Shown: piece by piece, positions 63,239 to 64,000 of the stretch | How the letters are laid out: every line of letters begins with the position of its first letter | How positions within the stretch are numbered: the first letter of the stretch is position 1 | Source of the DNA: Mustelus asterias | Lineage: Eukaryota | Direction of reading: 5' to 3' | Length of the DNA: 64,000 bases | Assembly: GCF_964213995.1 (NCBI RefSeq) | Contig: NC_135826.1 | Location: 31,868,001-31,932,000 of the forward strand | Notes under the pieces: generated by a model | What the model saw: the letters and a program-made list of their open reading frames with translations, nothing else | The model's database searches: none | Told to the model about the DNA's origin: nothing | Made by a program: the position numbers and the translations under genes

Positions 63239-64000
63239 ATGGTGATGGCACGTGGAGGTAGTAGGTGTAACTGTCGGACAAGAATCTGGTGTAAGCCACG
63301 AAGTTCAGACTGGTGGGAACGTGTGGTTATGAAGGACTTTCAGCCAAATGATTGGCTGGAAAATTTCAGAATGTCTAAGGAAACATTTTTCCATATCTGT
63401 AGCCAGCTGAAACCTATGGTTTCTCGTCGAAATACTCACCTTCGTCCTGCGCTGCCCCTGGAAAAAAGAGTTGCCGTAGCATTTTGGCGACTTGCTACTA
63501 ATGTGGAATATAGAACTATTAGTCATTTGTTTGGGATAGGCCGATCAACTGTTTGTAAATGTGTAAGAGAAGTATGCCATGCTATTGTGTCTCTCTTAAA
63601 GCCTCTGTATCTTAGGATGCCTTCCAATCAAGAATTTGAAACAATAGCCCAAATGTTTGTTCAGAAGTGGGATTTTCCCCAATGTGTTGGTGCCATTGAT
63701 AGCTGCCACATACCCATCATTGCCCCTCCACAATATCACAAAGATTACCTAAACAAAAAGGGATGGCATTCAGTTGTGTTACAAGGTGTAGTTGATGACA
63801 CTGGGAATTTCTGGGATGTCTGTACTGGATTTTCTGGGAGTTCTCTTGATACAAAAAATCTGAGGAGTTCTGATCTATGGAGAATGGCTATTGAAGGAAG
63901 GTTGTTCCCTGATTGCTCAAAAAATATTCTGAGAACACCAATGAAATACCTACTAATAGGCAGCTCTTCGTATCCGCTACAGGAATGGCTCCTGAAGCCG
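63239..64000 (+). CDS. Harbinger/PIF (DDE_Tnp_4, HARBI1/ALP1-like family) transposase-derived protein, exon 2, runs off the window end
   Basis: Polypyrimidine tract and tag acceptor, then 254 open codons: WLENFRMSKETF, LEKRVAVAFWRLAT, LFGIGRSTV (HTH), FPQCVGAIDSCHIPI, YLNKKGWHSVVLQGVVD, GFSGSSLD, LIGSSSYPLQEWLLKP. By recall it is not close to HARBI1 itself. Confidence 0.92.
   Translation, partial: MVMARGGSRCNCRTRIWCKPRSSDWWERVVMKDFQPNDWLENFRMSKETFFHICSQLKPMVSRRNTHLRPALPLEKRVAVAFWRLATNVEYRTISHLFGIGRSTVCKCVREVCHAIVSLLKPLYLRMPSNQEFETIAQMFVQKWDFPQCVGAIDSCHIPIIAPPQYHKDYLNKKGWHSVVLQGVVDDTGNFWDVCTGFSGSSLDTKNLRSSDLWRMAIEGRLFPDCSKNILRTPMKYLLIGSSSYPLQEWLLKP

Noticed and set aside
1-64000. CRISPR arrays, operons or prokaryotic defence systems
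   Set aside because: Sequence is vertebrate genomic DNA; no regularly spaced repeat-spacer array was seen.

Overview
Eukaryotic, intron-rich, repeat-dense vertebrate DNA. The repeat content (HE1-type V-SINEs, CR1, Rex/Babar-like LINEs, Penelope-derived termini) indicates a shark, probably carcharhiniform; the taxon is an inference. Most of the window is a complete FZR1 (Cdh1, APC/C co-activator) gene on the minus strand. I traced 13 coding exons by hand with GT-AG boundaries (14703..53954, 1482 nt, 493 aa), plus a probable non-coding first exon near 58.7-58.95 kb. FZR1 shares a CpG-island bidirectional promoter (~58.9-59.05 kb) with a spliced Harbinger/PIF-transposase-derived gene (59294..59455 joined to 63239..>64000) whose second catalytic Asp is replaced by Ser. 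The ORF track shows only its first exon and misses the transposase exon. The most unusual structure is in an FZR1 intron: a 1.7-kb intronless, 5'-truncated OPA1 cDNA with no poly(A) tail sits inside a GGGCC-terminated, palindrome-rich TIR element (42467..44829), which looks like a Harbinger-type MITE carrying processed mRNA cargo. Also present are a second CpG-island promoter (~4.3-4.75 kb), minimal hammerhead-ribozyme motifs in Penelope ends, and two stretches of decayed, unidentified coding-like DNA. Repeat boundaries are approximate and all family calls were made by eye, without database searches.
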